A stretch of 64,000 bases of DNA from an uncultured Acidobacteriota bacterium. GTDB lineage: Bacteria > Acidobacteriota > Terriglobia > Acidiferrales > UBA7541. The position numbers and the translations under genes were made by a program. The notes below the pieces were generated by a model, which searched no databases, was not told the origin of the DNA, and saw only the letters and a list, made by a program, of their open reading frames with translations. Positions 1-9,549 of the stretch are shown one piece after another (positions within the stretch are counted from its first letter, which is position 1; every line of letters begins with the position of its first letter). The stretch lies in the NCBI GenBank assembly GCA_963788255.1, contig CAWBGC010000017.1:1050-65049 (forward strand). Direction: 5' to 3'.

Positions 1-90
1 ATCGTCGTTGGGAAGCTGCGGGGCAGCCTCGGTACCACTGATCGTGAGCGCCGACAGAAGAGCAACGCAAATCAGTCTTGGCCGAACCAT
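1..90 (-). CDS. N-terminal fragment of a secreted protein whose body lies beyond the left edge
   Basis: The reverse complement of 1-90 reads MVRPRLICVALLSALTISGTEAAPQLPNDD, with the ATG at 90-88. The hydrophobic stretch looks like a signal peptide. The rest of the gene is outside the window. Confidence 0.3.
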   Translation of the reverse strand, partial: MVRPRLICVALLSALTISGTEAAPQLPNDD

Positions 91-939
91 ACACTCCTTC
101 TAGCATTAATCAACGGAAGTCCTCCTTGCAATTTTCAGACCGCATTCGTCGGAATCTGTGGGCATTCAGGATGCAGGACTTCGAGCTCGGCTGGGCGGCC
201 CACCCCGAATCGAAGCTGCCTTTGCCATTCGCATGTGGAGGGGCGACCCTCCATCTATCGAACCCGAACTAGTGGTAACTCCTGGTAAACGCGCAAACCG
301 GACAAATGGATTTCGCCCCCTGTTTTCGGACAGCCCATTTGATTTCTGGCGCTGACGGCGGTGACCGCTCGCAAAATGCGAAATCGAAAGAATGTGAAAT
401 CCCGCGCACAAAGCCCGCGCAAGATTTAATGATTGGTCCGATTTGCCGCATGTCACTGCAAACAGGAGAGATAGGAAATCGCTCTCGGGAGAGTAATGTT
501 CTCCCAATTCAAAAATTGGTGATCCCGTTTTATCTCGTTAAACGAAGCTGCTCGCTGTGAAATCTCCGTCGGAATTTTAATTCCGTTAAAATGCCCGCCG
601 CCCGTCCGCCGCCAATAGCGATTGCACCACAATTGTGCAAAAAGGGCAGTTTCGCTCCCGCCTATCTCCTATCCCGTCAACGCGTGGAAGAGATGGCGGA
701 GCCAAGGAGAACGGAGCCTTGCGGACCAAATTCCCAGTTCGCTTGTGAGCGGATTCGATTTGCCGGGCTTCCTCAAGCGCTCGTTGAATACCCGCCGAGT
801 GTCGGCGCGACCTTGCGTTCTCCGCATTCCAAATCGAATTAATAAAAACTTTGAATTGGAGTTAATAAATTCCTTATGGCTAATTTACAACTCCCTTACG
901 GGGGCTTCGCTAGCGTCATTGTTCATGGGGGGTGTAACG

Positions 940-3900
940 ATGAAAAAGTTCTGCCGACTTCCTGGATTGGCCGTTCTTGCGTTGCTTGCGCTTTCAACGC
1001 AGTGGGCCATGCGTCTTGACGCGCAGTCCACTTTCGGAAGCCTGCGAGGGTTGACGATAGATTCTACCGGGTCGGCTGTGCCGGCTGCAGAGATTACAGT
1101 CCAAGGTCTGGATGACAACAGCGAGCACAAGGTGGTTACGGGCGACGATGGCGTTTTTGAGATTGAAAACCTGAAGCCCGGGAACTACCGCGTGGTTGGC
1201 CACAAACCGGGGTTTGCGGATGCGCTTGTCCCGCAGTTCGCACTGGAAGCCCGCCAGGACCTTCGCGTGACTCTGACGTTTACTGTCGCGAGTCAAGCCC
1301 AGACGGTCGAGGTGAGTGCCGCCGCCGAACAAATCAACACCGAGAACGGCACCATCGCCGCCAGTTTGGAAAATCAACAGCTCACTCAACTTCCGCTCAA
1401 CTCCCGGGCGGTTTCCACGAGCCCGCTGGCAGCGCTGGCACTTTCGCCGGAGGTTCAGTACGACTCGCAGGGAAACATCTCTGTAGGAGGAGCGAACTCC
1501 TCGATGGTGGGTTATTCCGTGGATGGCGTCTCGACGGCAAACGTGCGGCAGAATGGAGCCCTCCAGGATGCCTACCCTTCCTCCGAAGGAATCGAGGAAC
1601 TCAAGATCACCGCGTTCAACAACAACGCCGAATTCGCGCAGGTTGGCGATGTAACCTTCACGACCAAAAGCGGCACCAATAAGTTTCACGGCGGGATCTT
1701 CGAATATTTGCAAAACGATGCCTTCGACGCCAAGCCGCTCAATTTTGACGAGAAAGCGCCCAAGCGTTTCAACACGTTCGGCGGCAGCCTGGGCGGCCCC
1801 GTGACCATTCCCAAGCTCTTCCATGGCGGCGATAAGACGTTTTTCTTTTTCGACTATGAAGGGAATCGCAAGAGCATCTCCGCTACCGAGCAGTATCTGG
1901 TGCCGACCCAGGCGGAAAGGAACGGCGATCTGAATGGGTTCGTCACTGCGAGCGATCCGACGCCCTTCACGAATCCCACGACGGGGCAGCCCTCCGCTGC
2001 TTTAATCGATCCGACAACCGGCCTGCAGTTCATGGGCTGTAATGGCGGCCAGCCGAACGTGATTTGCAACTCGGGCACCGGCAACCGAATCAGCGCGGTG
2101 ACCCAGAGTCTGTTGAATTACTATCCGCTGCCAAATGCGAACCTGAACGTGGCCAATCCTTCCTTCAATTACGAAACGCTCGTGCCCACTCCTGCTGAAA
2201 CGAATGGTTGGGACCTCAGGCTCGACCGGAACCTTACCGCTAAGCAGCAGATCTTCGCCCGCTTCAGTTGGAAGAATCTGCTGACCGACGCTGCCAATCC
2301 TCTTCTGCCCAATGATGTAGACACCGAGCACAATCGCAGCCTCCTTGCTTCGTACAACTACGCGATTAGTCCCAAATGGGTGAATGAATTCCGCTTCGGG
2401 TTCACCAATGCTCTGACGAGCGTGGACTTTCCGATTCTCGGAAGCGCCGCGATCTCTCAGCTTGGCTTGCAAGGAATCGATATAAGCCAGCACCCAACGG
2501 GGGAGGCCTTCCCAACGTTCAATTTCAGCGACGGTAGCGGGTTCACCCCGATCGGGCGAGACAGAACAGGAATCACGCAGTCCGAAACGCTCGAGTTTAC
2601 AGATAACCTGACTCGTCAGATGGGCAAGCACGCCCTGCGTTTCGGCGTGGATATACGCCGGGTCAACTACCAGGACCTGATGTTCTTCCTGCCATCGGAT
2701 GACTTTGGCTTGTTCACATTCAATCAGGGCGTGTTCACCGGAAGTTCTTTCGGTGACGCACTTTTGGGGATGCCGAACACATCGTTTTTCGCCATCACCA
2801 GCCCTCAGGTGAACGCTCGGGCGTTCCAATACGGCGTATACGCCCAGGACGAATGGCAGGTCAACGACCGCATCACTTTGAATTTCGGGCTCCGATGGGA
2901 ACTGCTTCCGCCCTTTGTGGAAAATGTGGGAGATTTGGGCAGCTTCGATCCACGCAACAACAGCGTTTTAGTCCCTGATCTTTTGTCGAAGACTCTCGCG
3001 AATTCGCCCGCCTACCAGCAGGTGTACGAAGGATTTCTGGAGTCGTTCAATGCCTGCTCGCTGGGACAAGGCGGCCCATGCTCCAACGTGCTGACCGCCA
3101 GCCAGGATCATCTGCCTCAGGGGCTCCGGCAGTTGTATCTGCGTGATTTCGATCCGCGAGTCAGCCTGGCGTTCCGTCCGTTTCGCGACAACAAGACCGT
3201 CCTGCGCGCGGGGTTCGGCATCTTCACGATCTCCACGCTCGGTCCCATGTCGTTCAATAACGCGGGCAACCCGCTCTCTGTGGTGCACACGTATACGAAC
3301 AACGTGAGCGGGCAGCCGCAATTCCAATTTCCTGCCACGGCGCCTTCGACCCAAACTGTCGTCTACGGCGGAGGCACGCTGGACCAAGCCAACGATCCGC
3401 TTTTCCGGGATCCCCAAGCGGCGCAATGGAATGTCACCCTCGAGCGCCAAGTGAGCGAGAGCACGCTGCTGCGCGTCAGTTACGTGGGAATGAACTCGTA
3501 CCGGCTGGCGGTGACCGAGGACCTGAACCAAGTCCATCCCAGCACCACGCCGTATGCGGCAAGCAATACGCCCTATCCCAACTGGTTTACGTTGCTCTCC
3601 ACCGAAAATGCGGGCTTCGCGAATTATCAAGCAGTCCAAGTGGAAGCAAATCACAAAATGGGGAAGGGAGTATTCTTCCAGGCGAATTACACGCTGGCCA
3701 GAAATCTGAGCGACGCGCAAGGCGATGCTCCCAGCGGGTTTGCCAGCGAGGTAGCCTACGGACTCGCGGTTTCGAATCGCTTCGATCTCGCCGCGGACCG
3801 CGGCAACGTGGAGGGGACGCCGCGTCATCGCCTGCAACTCAACGGAATCTACCAGATTCCCGTGGGATCGGGCCGCAAGTGGCTCAACGGCTCGGGGTGG

Positions 3901-4392
3901 CAGAACCTGCTGATCGGGGGCTGGGAAGCCAGCACTGTCACCCTGCTGCAAACAGGGCCGTGGCTTACGCCCACAATCAGTCCGGCGCTCGACCAATCCA
4001 ATACGGACATCGCCAACCGAGGCACGTTGCTCCGGCCGGATTGCGTCGGAAACCCGATCCCGGCGCAACGGACCACCGCCGAGTATTTCAACATCAACGC
4101 TTTTGCTCCGACGCCCACGAACGCGGGACGCATCGGAAACTGCGGAGTGGGGATATTGGAAGGTCCGGGCACAATCGCGGTCTCGGCCGGTTTGCAGAAG
4201 TCGTTCGCTCTGGGCGAAAAGGTGAAGCTGCGGTTCGAATCGACCTTCACAAACGTCCTGAACCACACGAACTACGCCCCGCCTGCGGTGGACATCAGCA
4301 ACCCGCAGACTTTTGGCGCGCTGCAATCCAATCAAACGTCGGCCAACGCAGGACCGCGAACCGGACAAGTGGCCCTGCGCCTGGATTTTTGA
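940..4392 (+). CDS. TonB-dependent receptor with an N-terminal carboxypeptidase-regulatory-like domain
   Basis: The in-frame ATG at 940 begins MKKFCRLPGLAVLALLALSTQWAMRLDAQ, a signal peptide. It is followed by GLTIDSTGSAVPAAEITV...NLKPGNYRV, which is CarboxypepD_reg-like. A long beta-barrel body ends in an aromatic residue (...ALRLDF). The part of the ORF upstream of 940 has no signal peptide. Confidence 0.9.
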   Translation: MKKFCRLPGLAVLALLALSTQWAMRLDAQSTFGSLRGLTIDSTGSAVPAAEITVQGLDDNSEHKVVTGDDGVFEIENLKPGNYRVVGHKPGFADALVPQFALEARQDLRVTLTFTVASQAQTVEVSAAAEQINTENGTIAASLENQQLTQLPLNSRAVSTSPLAALALSPEVQYDSQGNISVGGANSSMVGYSVDGVSTANVRQNGALQDAYPSSEGIEELKITAFNNNAEFAQVGDVTFTTKSGTNKFHGGIFEYLQNDAFDAKPLNFDEKAPKRFNTFGGSLGGPVTIPKLFHGGDKTFFFFDYEGNRKSISATEQYLVPTQAERNGDLNGFVTASDPTPFTNPTTGQPSAALIDPTTGLQFMGCNGGQPNVICNSGTGNRISAVTQSLLNYYPLPNANLNVANPSFNYETLVPTPAETNGWDLRLDRNLTAKQQIFARFSWKNLLTDAANPLLPNDVDTEHNRSLLASYNYAISPKWVNEFRFGFTNALTSVDFPILGSAAISQLGLQGIDISQHPTGEAFPTFNFSDGSGFTPIGRDRTGITQSETLEFTDNLTRQMGKHALRFGVDIRRVNYQDLMFFLPSDDFGLFTFNQGVFTGSSFGDALLGMPNTSFFAITSPQVNARAFQYGVYAQDEWQVNDRITLNFGLRWELLPPFVENVGDLGSFDPRNNSVLVPDLLSKTLANSPAYQQVYEGFLESFNACSLGQGGPCSNVLTASQDHLPQGLRQLYLRDFDPRVSLAFRPFRDNKTVLRAGFGIFTISTLGPMSFNNAGNPLSVVHTYTNNVSGQPQFQFPATAPSTQTVVYGGGTLDQANDPLFRDPQAAQWNVTLERQVSESTLLRVSYVGMNSYRLAVTEDLNQVHPSTTPYAASNTPYPNWFTLLSTENAGFANYQAVQVEANHKMGKGVFFQANYTLARNLSDAQGDAPSGFASEVAYGLAVSNRFDLAADRGNVEGTPRHRLQLNGIYQIPVGSGRKWLNGSGWQNLLIGGWEASTVTLLQTGPWLTPTISPALDQSNTDIANRGTLLRPDCVGNPIPAQRTTAEYFNINAFAPTPTNAGRIGNCGVGILEGPGTIAVSAGLQKSFALGEKVKLRFESTFTNVLNHTNYAPPAVDISNPQTFGALQSNQTSANAGPRTGQVALRLDF

Positions 4393-4511
4393 ATCACGGT
4401 AATTCACGATTTGCGGCGGACTGGGATCTTATCGTGCGAGCGGACTCCTCACGAAAACAGTTTGCCGGTTATCCGGCTCGGCGGAAACGGCCCCACTGAC
4501 GGTACAGCCGC

Positions 4512-5069
4512 TCAGGGATTCTCTGGGGAAAGCTTGAAGGAGCCGAAGAACCTCTGCGTGTCCGCATCGTCTTCTTCCGCGGGACGGGCGACAGCGAGTA
4601 TGTAGAGCCGCCGGCCGATGATGAAGATCCTGCCCTCCATAAGGCCGTCGTCGCTGGTGGTGGACTTGAAGGTTTGTGTGTACTGACCGGCCGACTTAGA
4701 AGCCTGTGAGCTCAGCAATTTTCCATCAGCCTGATCAATGAGGCCGTCGCGGCTTCCAGCCATCGTCATCTGTGCATCCTCTTCGTCCGCAGGCGTGTAG
4801 CTGAGATCCCAGTAATCGCAGAAGAAGTAGGAGGTCGGGCTTTTCGCGGTCGCGAAATGAAAAGTAGTCGGAGGCTTGCCAGTTTCCGATACCGCATCAT
4901 GCTCCTCGAGATCCGGTTCGACGGGCATGAGAATGGTGAAACTGCCGTCCGGGGCGGAGAATTTAATCCACCCGGATCCAGGCGCCCAGGCGCGGTAACC
5001 GAGCAAGCCGACGATGCTAAGGAGGACCAGTCCCCCGACGGTCGCCGCGAATCGCGCAGGCTTTGCCAT
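4512..5069 (-). CDS. Hypothetical membrane-anchored or secreted protein
   Basis: A 185-aa ORF with an N-terminal anchor (MAKPARFAATVGGLVLLSIVGLLGY). I recognise no family. Confidence 0.55.
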   Translation of the reverse strand: MAKPARFAATVGGLVLLSIVGLLGYRAWAPGSGWIKFSAPDGSFTILMPVEPDLEEHDAVSETGKPPTTFHFATAKSPTSYFFCDYWDLSYTPADEEDAQMTMAGSRDGLIDQADGKLLSSQASKSAGQYTQTFKSTTSDDGLMEGRIFIIGRRLYILAVARPAEEDDADTQRFFGSFKLSPENP

Positions 5070-5206
5070 AAATCAATTGTATGGGACCGTGCCGCGGCCG
5101 GCGGTGCGGCGAGCGTAGTAGTTGACCAATCGGGAAACCGGGGCGGGCCGGTTGGAAGCGTCCGGACGGTGTAGGATAGCGGGTGCCGAATAGGAGTGAG
5201 GCACCG

Positions 5207-5596
5207 ATGAACGTGGACGACTTCCGACGGATTGCACTTAGCTTTGAGGGCGCCGAAGAGAGTTCGCACATGGGCCAGCCCGACTTCCGTGTGGGCGGCA
5301 GAATTTTTGCGACGCTGGCCTCCGCAAAGCAAGGCTACGGGAACTTGAGGCTCACACTGGAGCAGCAGGCGGCGTTCGTGGAAGAACTCCCGGAAGTCTT
5401 TCTTCCCATCGCGGGCGGCTGGGGACGCATGGGAATGACGCATATCCGGCTGGCCGCAGCGGGAGAGGATGTGTTGACCGGCGCACTGCACACGGCATGG
5501 AAGCTGCGCGTGGAGAAGAACGCAAAGTCGGGGCGGAAGAAGGGCGGCGCAATGAAGCGGATGCGTGCCGCGAAGACACGCCGCAAGAAGCGGTGA
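5207..5596 (+). CDS. MmcQ/YjbR-family protein with a basic C-terminal tail
   Basis: MNVDDFRRIALSFEGAEESSHMGQPDFRVGGRIFATL resembles the YjbR/MmcQ fold family. A GGAG lies about 10 nt upstream of the ATG at 5207. Confidence 0.55.
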   Translation: MNVDDFRRIALSFEGAEESSHMGQPDFRVGGRIFATLASAKQGYGNLRLTLEQQAAFVEELPEVFLPIAGGWGRMGMTHIRLAAAGEDVLTGALHTAWKLRVEKNAKSGRKKGGAMKRMRAAKTRRKKR

Positions 5597-5673
5597 CGGA
5601 CTCCCGCAGAGTCTTTTCTGCAAGAAATCCGAATTAGCCTAGCTGCTCTCGAAGCCGGAGTCTTGCACCACGC

Positions 5674-6759
5674 TTATTGGCCGGCTGAGGCGGAGACGGG
5701 CTGTTCCGGGTAGTAGCCGTCGCGGGCTTGAACGGCCAAGTCTTTCTGCTTGGTTGTGAGATGAATCTTGCGGTAGTCGGCGCTATTGGGGGATTTGTCG
5801 GGGACGTAGCCGAGAATATATTGGTCGCGCAATGCCTGTTCGATTTGAGAGTAAATCTGATCGACCGGCAGCTTTTTGGAGACTTCGTATAGGCGGCCGC
5901 CTGTTTCCCTGGAGATCCGGTCGAGGATTTTCTTGCCGTCGGGACGCTCTTCTTGCTGCGGGTATCGGTGCCCACCTCCGCCACCGTGGCCGCCCCAACC
6001 GCCGTGACCTCCGTGCCCGCCGTAGGGTTCGTCGCTCTTGAACAGGATGGAATAGACGACCGTGTTGGCGCGCTGGGCGGATTCGATGGCGCTCGAGACA
6101 GTTTCCTTGCTACCCCGGTCGACTCCATCGGAAAGAATAATCAGTGCTTTCCGGCCCTGCTGCTTTTTCATGAGTTCGTCGGAGGCGAGATAAACCGCGT
6201 CGTAGAGCAGCGTGCCGGCGCCGTGGTGATGTCCGCCGCCTTCGCTTGCATCCTCCAGCTCCGGGGTTTGCAGCAGGTCGAGAGCGGATTCCAGTTTCTT
6301 TCGGGATGAGGTGAGATTTTGCAGTAGCTCGACCTCATGGTCGAAGTGAATCAGGAAAGCCTGGTCTTTCTTGTCTTCACGCAGCGTGTGATCGACAAAA
6401 CTCGAGCTCGCGCTGCGTTCCTGATCGAGAACACGCCGCTGGCTGAGGCTGGTATCCACCAGCAAGCCCACGGTGAGCGGGAGGTCATTTTCGCGTGCGA
6501 AGTAAGTGATGGCCTGCGGGCGGCCGTCTTCGTCGAGCGAGAAATCGTCTTTCGTCAAATTCGAGACGATTTGGGCGTGCTTGTCGCGGACGGTGGCAAA
6601 CACGGTCACCAAGTTCGTTACGACGGATATCTGTGGCTGTTGCTGGGCGAAGATGGGCGCGGCCGGCACAAGCGCCAGCACCGCCGCTAGCAGGAGCGAA
6701 AGCGTGCGCGCCAGCTTCGACGGCGACTTTCCCGCGCGGATTTCAGCAACCCAGTTCAT
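5674..6759 (-). CDS. VWA domain protein (acidobacterial VWFA-related type), signal-anchored
   Basis: The internal ATG at 6759 gives MNWVAEIRAGKSPSKLARTLSLLLAAVLALVPAAPIFAQQ. The body has VWA/MIDAS-like features (LLVDTSLSQ ... ALIILSDGVD). The upstream part of the 498-aa ORF looks non-coding. Confidence 0.75.
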   Translation of the reverse strand: MNWVAEIRAGKSPSKLARTLSLLLAAVLALVPAAPIFAQQQPQISVVTNLVTVFATVRDKHAQIVSNLTKDDFSLDEDGRPQAITYFARENDLPLTVGLLVDTSLSQRRVLDQERSASSSFVDHTLREDKKDQAFLIHFDHEVELLQNLTSSRKKLESALDLLQTPELEDASEGGGHHHGAGTLLYDAVYLASDELMKKQQGRKALIILSDGVDRGSKETVSSAIESAQRANTVVYSILFKSDEPYGGHGGHGGWGGHGGGGGHRYPQQEERPDGKKILDRISRETGGRLYEVSKKLPVDQIYSQIEQALRDQYILGYVPDKSPNSADYRKIHLTTKQKDLAVQARDGYYPEQPVSASAGQ

Positions 6760-6969
6760 GCCCAGACTAACCAACACCCAATAATGATTCCATTTCGCCA
6801 GGGCGAGAGTTCCCAAATCTGAAGCCAGTGATATGATGCGCGCTCCGCTCGCTGTGATCGACGGCACACGAGCAACGCGCGCGCCCTTTCCAGAAGAGAA
6901 GAACGGAAAGGATGCGGGAGCCTGTAGATCAAATTCGAGCAGATGGAGAGCTTTCCGGAGGGGACACCG

Positions 6970-7986
6970 ATGAGACTTCGCATGTTGGCGGGAGCACTGG
7001 CGGTGGCGTTGGTCGCGAGCGTGGCCGCGGCTCAGGATCAGACGCCGCGCGTGGTCAAGTACGAGCCGACGTTTGCGACCGTGAAGTTTGATTTTGGGCC
7101 GGGCGAGCCGGTGGCGCGAGTCGGCTCGGGGGAAGTTCTCGAAACCGACACGCTGAATTGTACGGCTCACTGTGCAGGAATCCCGGCGGACAAGCTGGAA
7201 CTGGCGCGAAACTCAAACCTGCTGACCGGGCCGTTCTACGTCGAGGGCGCGCAGCCGGGCGACGCGCTGGCCATCGAGTTCCTGGAGATGCACCCGAACG
7301 GGGACGGAGAGGGCGGGATTGCGCCGGGCTTTGGCGCGATCAGCTCGAGCAACTACACGCCGATGCTGAACCCGCCGTTGGCGAGGCGAAGCTGGGCCTA
7401 TCCGATCCATCTTGATGAGGGGACGGCAACCTACACTGCGCACGATTCGGATTTTTCGGTAAAGATTCCGCTGCGCCCGTTTCTGGGTTGTGTGGGGGTG
7501 GCGCCCGCACTGGACGAAACGCGGGACTCGCTGGTGCCGGCGGAATTCGGCGGAAACATGGACGCGTCGGAATCGAGCGTGGGGAACACACTGTATTTGC
7601 CCGTAAACGTACCGGGGGCGCTGCTCTACTTGGGCGACGGACACGCGGCCATGGGAGACGGCGAAATCGGCGGTACCGCGATCGAGGTGCCCATGCACGT
7701 GCGCGTGCGGTTGCGCCTGATCAAGGGACGGAAGATCGAGTGGCCGCGCTGGGAAAACCAAAACGAGCTGATGGCGGCGGGCATCTACCGGCCGCTCGAC
7801 GACTGCCTGCGGATCGCGTTTACGCAATTGGTTCACTGGATTCACACCGATTACGGCCTGTCGGAACTGGATGCGTACGAGCTGCTTTCAAAAGTGGCGA
7901 CGATTCACGTGGCGGAAATGGTGGACCCGAATTACGTGGTGGTGGCCAAGATTGACAAGAAGTACCTGCCGGCTAAGAAGGATTGA
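6970..7986 (+). CDS. Acetamidase/formamidase (FmdA/AmdA) family protein with a signal peptide
   Basis: MRLRMLAGALAVALVASVAAAQDQ is a signal peptide. The body (GPFYVEGAQPGDALAIEF ... GGNMD ... GDGHAAMGDGEIGGTAIE) matches the family signature as I remember it. Confidence 0.7.
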   Translation: MRLRMLAGALAVALVASVAAAQDQTPRVVKYEPTFATVKFDFGPGEPVARVGSGEVLETDTLNCTAHCAGIPADKLELARNSNLLTGPFYVEGAQPGDALAIEFLEMHPNGDGEGGIAPGFGAISSSNYTPMLNPPLARRSWAYPIHLDEGTATYTAHDSDFSVKIPLRPFLGCVGVAPALDETRDSLVPAEFGGNMDASESSVGNTLYLPVNVPGALLYLGDGHAAMGDGEIGGTAIEVPMHVRVRLRLIKGRKIEWPRWENQNELMAAGIYRPLDDCLRIAFTQLVHWIHTDYGLSELDAYELLSKVATIHVAEMVDPNYVVVAKIDKKYLPAKKD

Positions 7987-8038
7987 GGCAATTCACTTGC
8001 CGAATGGGAAAAGCCTAGCGAGATGAACGGGACACAGG

Positions 8039-8434
8039 CTACCAAATGCGGCGCACGCCGTAGTCGTCGAAGAGTTTGTCCTTGCTGATGACGGCCAGAT
8101 TCTCAGCCTGCGCTTGGGCGGCGAGCATGCGATCGAACGGGTCTTTGTGCGGCCCCTTCAGAAGACCCGCGCGGATGGCGTGGTCCGCGGAGATCGGTAG
8201 CTCAGAGAATCCTTCCTCCTTCAATTCGTAGCAAAAATCCGCAACAAGAGGGCCTGCCTCAAGCTTGCCCGCTCTGGCCTTAATGGCAATCTCCCAGGCG
8301 GAAGCGGCTGAGACGAGCACGGTGGTTTCCTGGTTTTGTATGGCGTTGCGCGCCCGGCGCGACAATTTGGATTCTCCCGCGAGCCACCAAAGCAAAGCGT
8401 GGGTATCGAGAAGGACCTTCACTCGATGCCCCAT
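8039..8434 (-). CDS. vapC: Type II toxin, PIN domain (VapC family)
   Basis: The N-terminus LLDTHALLWW, an acidic residue pattern typical of PIN domains, and the ending ...ISKDKLFDDYGVRRIW support the call. It overlaps the upstream antitoxin gene by 16 nt. Confidence 0.85.
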   Translation of the reverse strand: MGHRVKVLLDTHALLWWLAGESKLSRRARNAIQNQETTVLVSAASAWEIAIKARAGKLEAGPLVADFCYELKEEGFSELPISADHAIRAGLLKGPHKDPFDRMLAAQAQAENLAVISKDKLFDDYGVRRIW

Positions 8435-8649
8435 TTCGCCAATTCCGCTTTGGACATGGGTTCGAAGAAGGCGCGCGGGACGCGGATCTTTCCTTTCAGC
8501 CGACCGGAGACGCGCTTCTTGCGCGACGTGGCCAACGGGACGAGCCTGGCGACCGGCTGTTTGCCGCGAGCGATGACCACGTCGCCGCCCTCGCAGGCTT
8601 CTTCAATCAAACGGGAGAGGTTCGTCTTGGCCTTATGAATCGTGTACAT
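8419..8649 (-). CDS. Type II antitoxin, Phd/YefM family
   Basis: MYTIHKAKTNLSRLIEEACEGGDVVIARGKQPVARLVP is a classic Phd/YefM N-terminus. The gene sits immediately upstream of the PIN gene and overlaps it. Confidence 0.85.
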   Translation of the reverse strand: MYTIHKAKTNLSRLIEEACEGGDVVIARGKQPVARLVPLATSRKKRVSGRLKGKIRVPRAFFEPMSKAELAKWGIE

Positions 8650-8692
8650 AATTAGCTAAGTATATTAGCTAAGCCAGGCAGCGTCAAGAGGG

Positions 8693-9082
8693 CTACTGAG
8701 GCTTCGCGTTCGCGCGCATCCAGGCAGCGAAGGCGATTTCATCAAGGGTTCCGGCGGCGAGACTCAGGATGGCTTGTGCGGCATCTTCTTCAGTGGCCGT
8801 GAAACGATAGCCGTTCATCTCGAGGAAGAGCACGCCGAGGAGGAAGCCAACGCGTTTGTTTCCATCGAGAAAGGGATGATTGCGGATAATGCCGACGGTG
8901 TAGGCAGCAGCCAATTCGATGATGCCGACGTCATCGCGATCAGCGTGGAGTTGCCGCGGCCGGGCCAGGGCGGATTCAAGCAGGCCCGGATCGCGCACAC
9001 CCGCCGCGCCGCCATCGATGCCGAGCAGACGCTGATGCAGGGCGAGGGCATCGCGCTCCTCGATCCAGACGGGATCTCTCAC
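8693..9082 (-). CDS. doc: Doc (death-on-curing) toxin, Fic/Doc family
   Basis: The Doc-type Fic motif HPFLDGNKRVG is present. There is a 4-nt overlap with the upstream antitoxin gene. Confidence 0.85.
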   Translation of the reverse strand: MRDPVWIEERDALALHQRLLGIDGGAAGVRDPGLLESALARPRQLHADRDDVGIIELAAAYTVGIIRNHPFLDGNKRVGFLLGVLFLEMNGYRFTATEEDAAQAILSLAAGTLDEIAFAAWMRANAKPQ

Positions 9083-9306
9083 TTGGAAAGCGCGTGCAGG
9101 GTGTTGCGGTAGCGGCTGATGATGTCCTCGGCCTTTTCCATCTTGCTTTTGAAAGCGGGATCGTAGGGCGTGAGTTGATAGGCGCCGTCCGGTGCTTCGA
9201 TCAAGTAAAGGCGGTCGCCTTCGCCTGCACGCAGGCGCGTCGCGGCCTCTTTGGGTAAAACGACGCCGAGCGAATTGCCGATCTTGCGAACCTTGAGTTC
9301 CAGCAA
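9079..9306 (-). CDS. AbrB/MazE/SpoVT-type antitoxin paired with Doc
   Basis: MLELKVRKIGNSLGVVLPKEAATRL is a swapped-hairpin (AbrB-like) DNA-binding motif. It is translationally coupled to doc. Confidence 0.8.
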   Translation of the reverse strand: MLELKVRKIGNSLGVVLPKEAATRLRAGEGDRLYLIEAPDGAYQLTPYDPAFKSKMEKAEDIISRYRNTLHALSK

Positions 9307-9549
9307 ATGGATCTCCTTTCTGTTATAACAATTGTAGCAACGTGCGGCTGATCGCGCAAGTCACTTCGCGAGAATCAGCTACACCAAATGGCGAGCAGCA
9401 CGAGCGGGAGGGGGGCTGATGCCACACGCGCCCGCCTGCGCACGTCGGGCAGAAGCGTTGACACCTCTCGGCGCGACCGTATAATCGTTTGTTGGCCCAG
9501 TCCCCGCCCGCACCCCCCGAGCGGCCCGAAAGTTGGAGGCACGCACAGC

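Noticed and set aside
2968-4407. A 479-aa minus-strand ORF antisense to the TonB-dependent receptor gene. Similar long antisense ORFs occur at 994..1824, 2002..2829, 39994..41499, 44806..46839, 47735..49228, 53086..54285, 55219..56952, 58961..59998 and 60018..61067.
   Set aside because: Their translations are Arg/Ala/Gly/Pro-rich low-complexity sequence with no recognisable motifs. Each lies opposite a gene with strong family signatures. These are typical shadow ORFs of high-GC DNA.
9388-9549. The ATG at 9388 as the start of the GT2 synthase (the ORF-track start).
   Set aside because: The first ~54 codons (MASSTSGRGADATRARLRTSGRSVDTSRRD...) look like translated non-coding DNA. They overlap the promoter region shared with the divergent TA genes. 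A TTG with a good GGAGG lies at 9550, just before the first TM helix.
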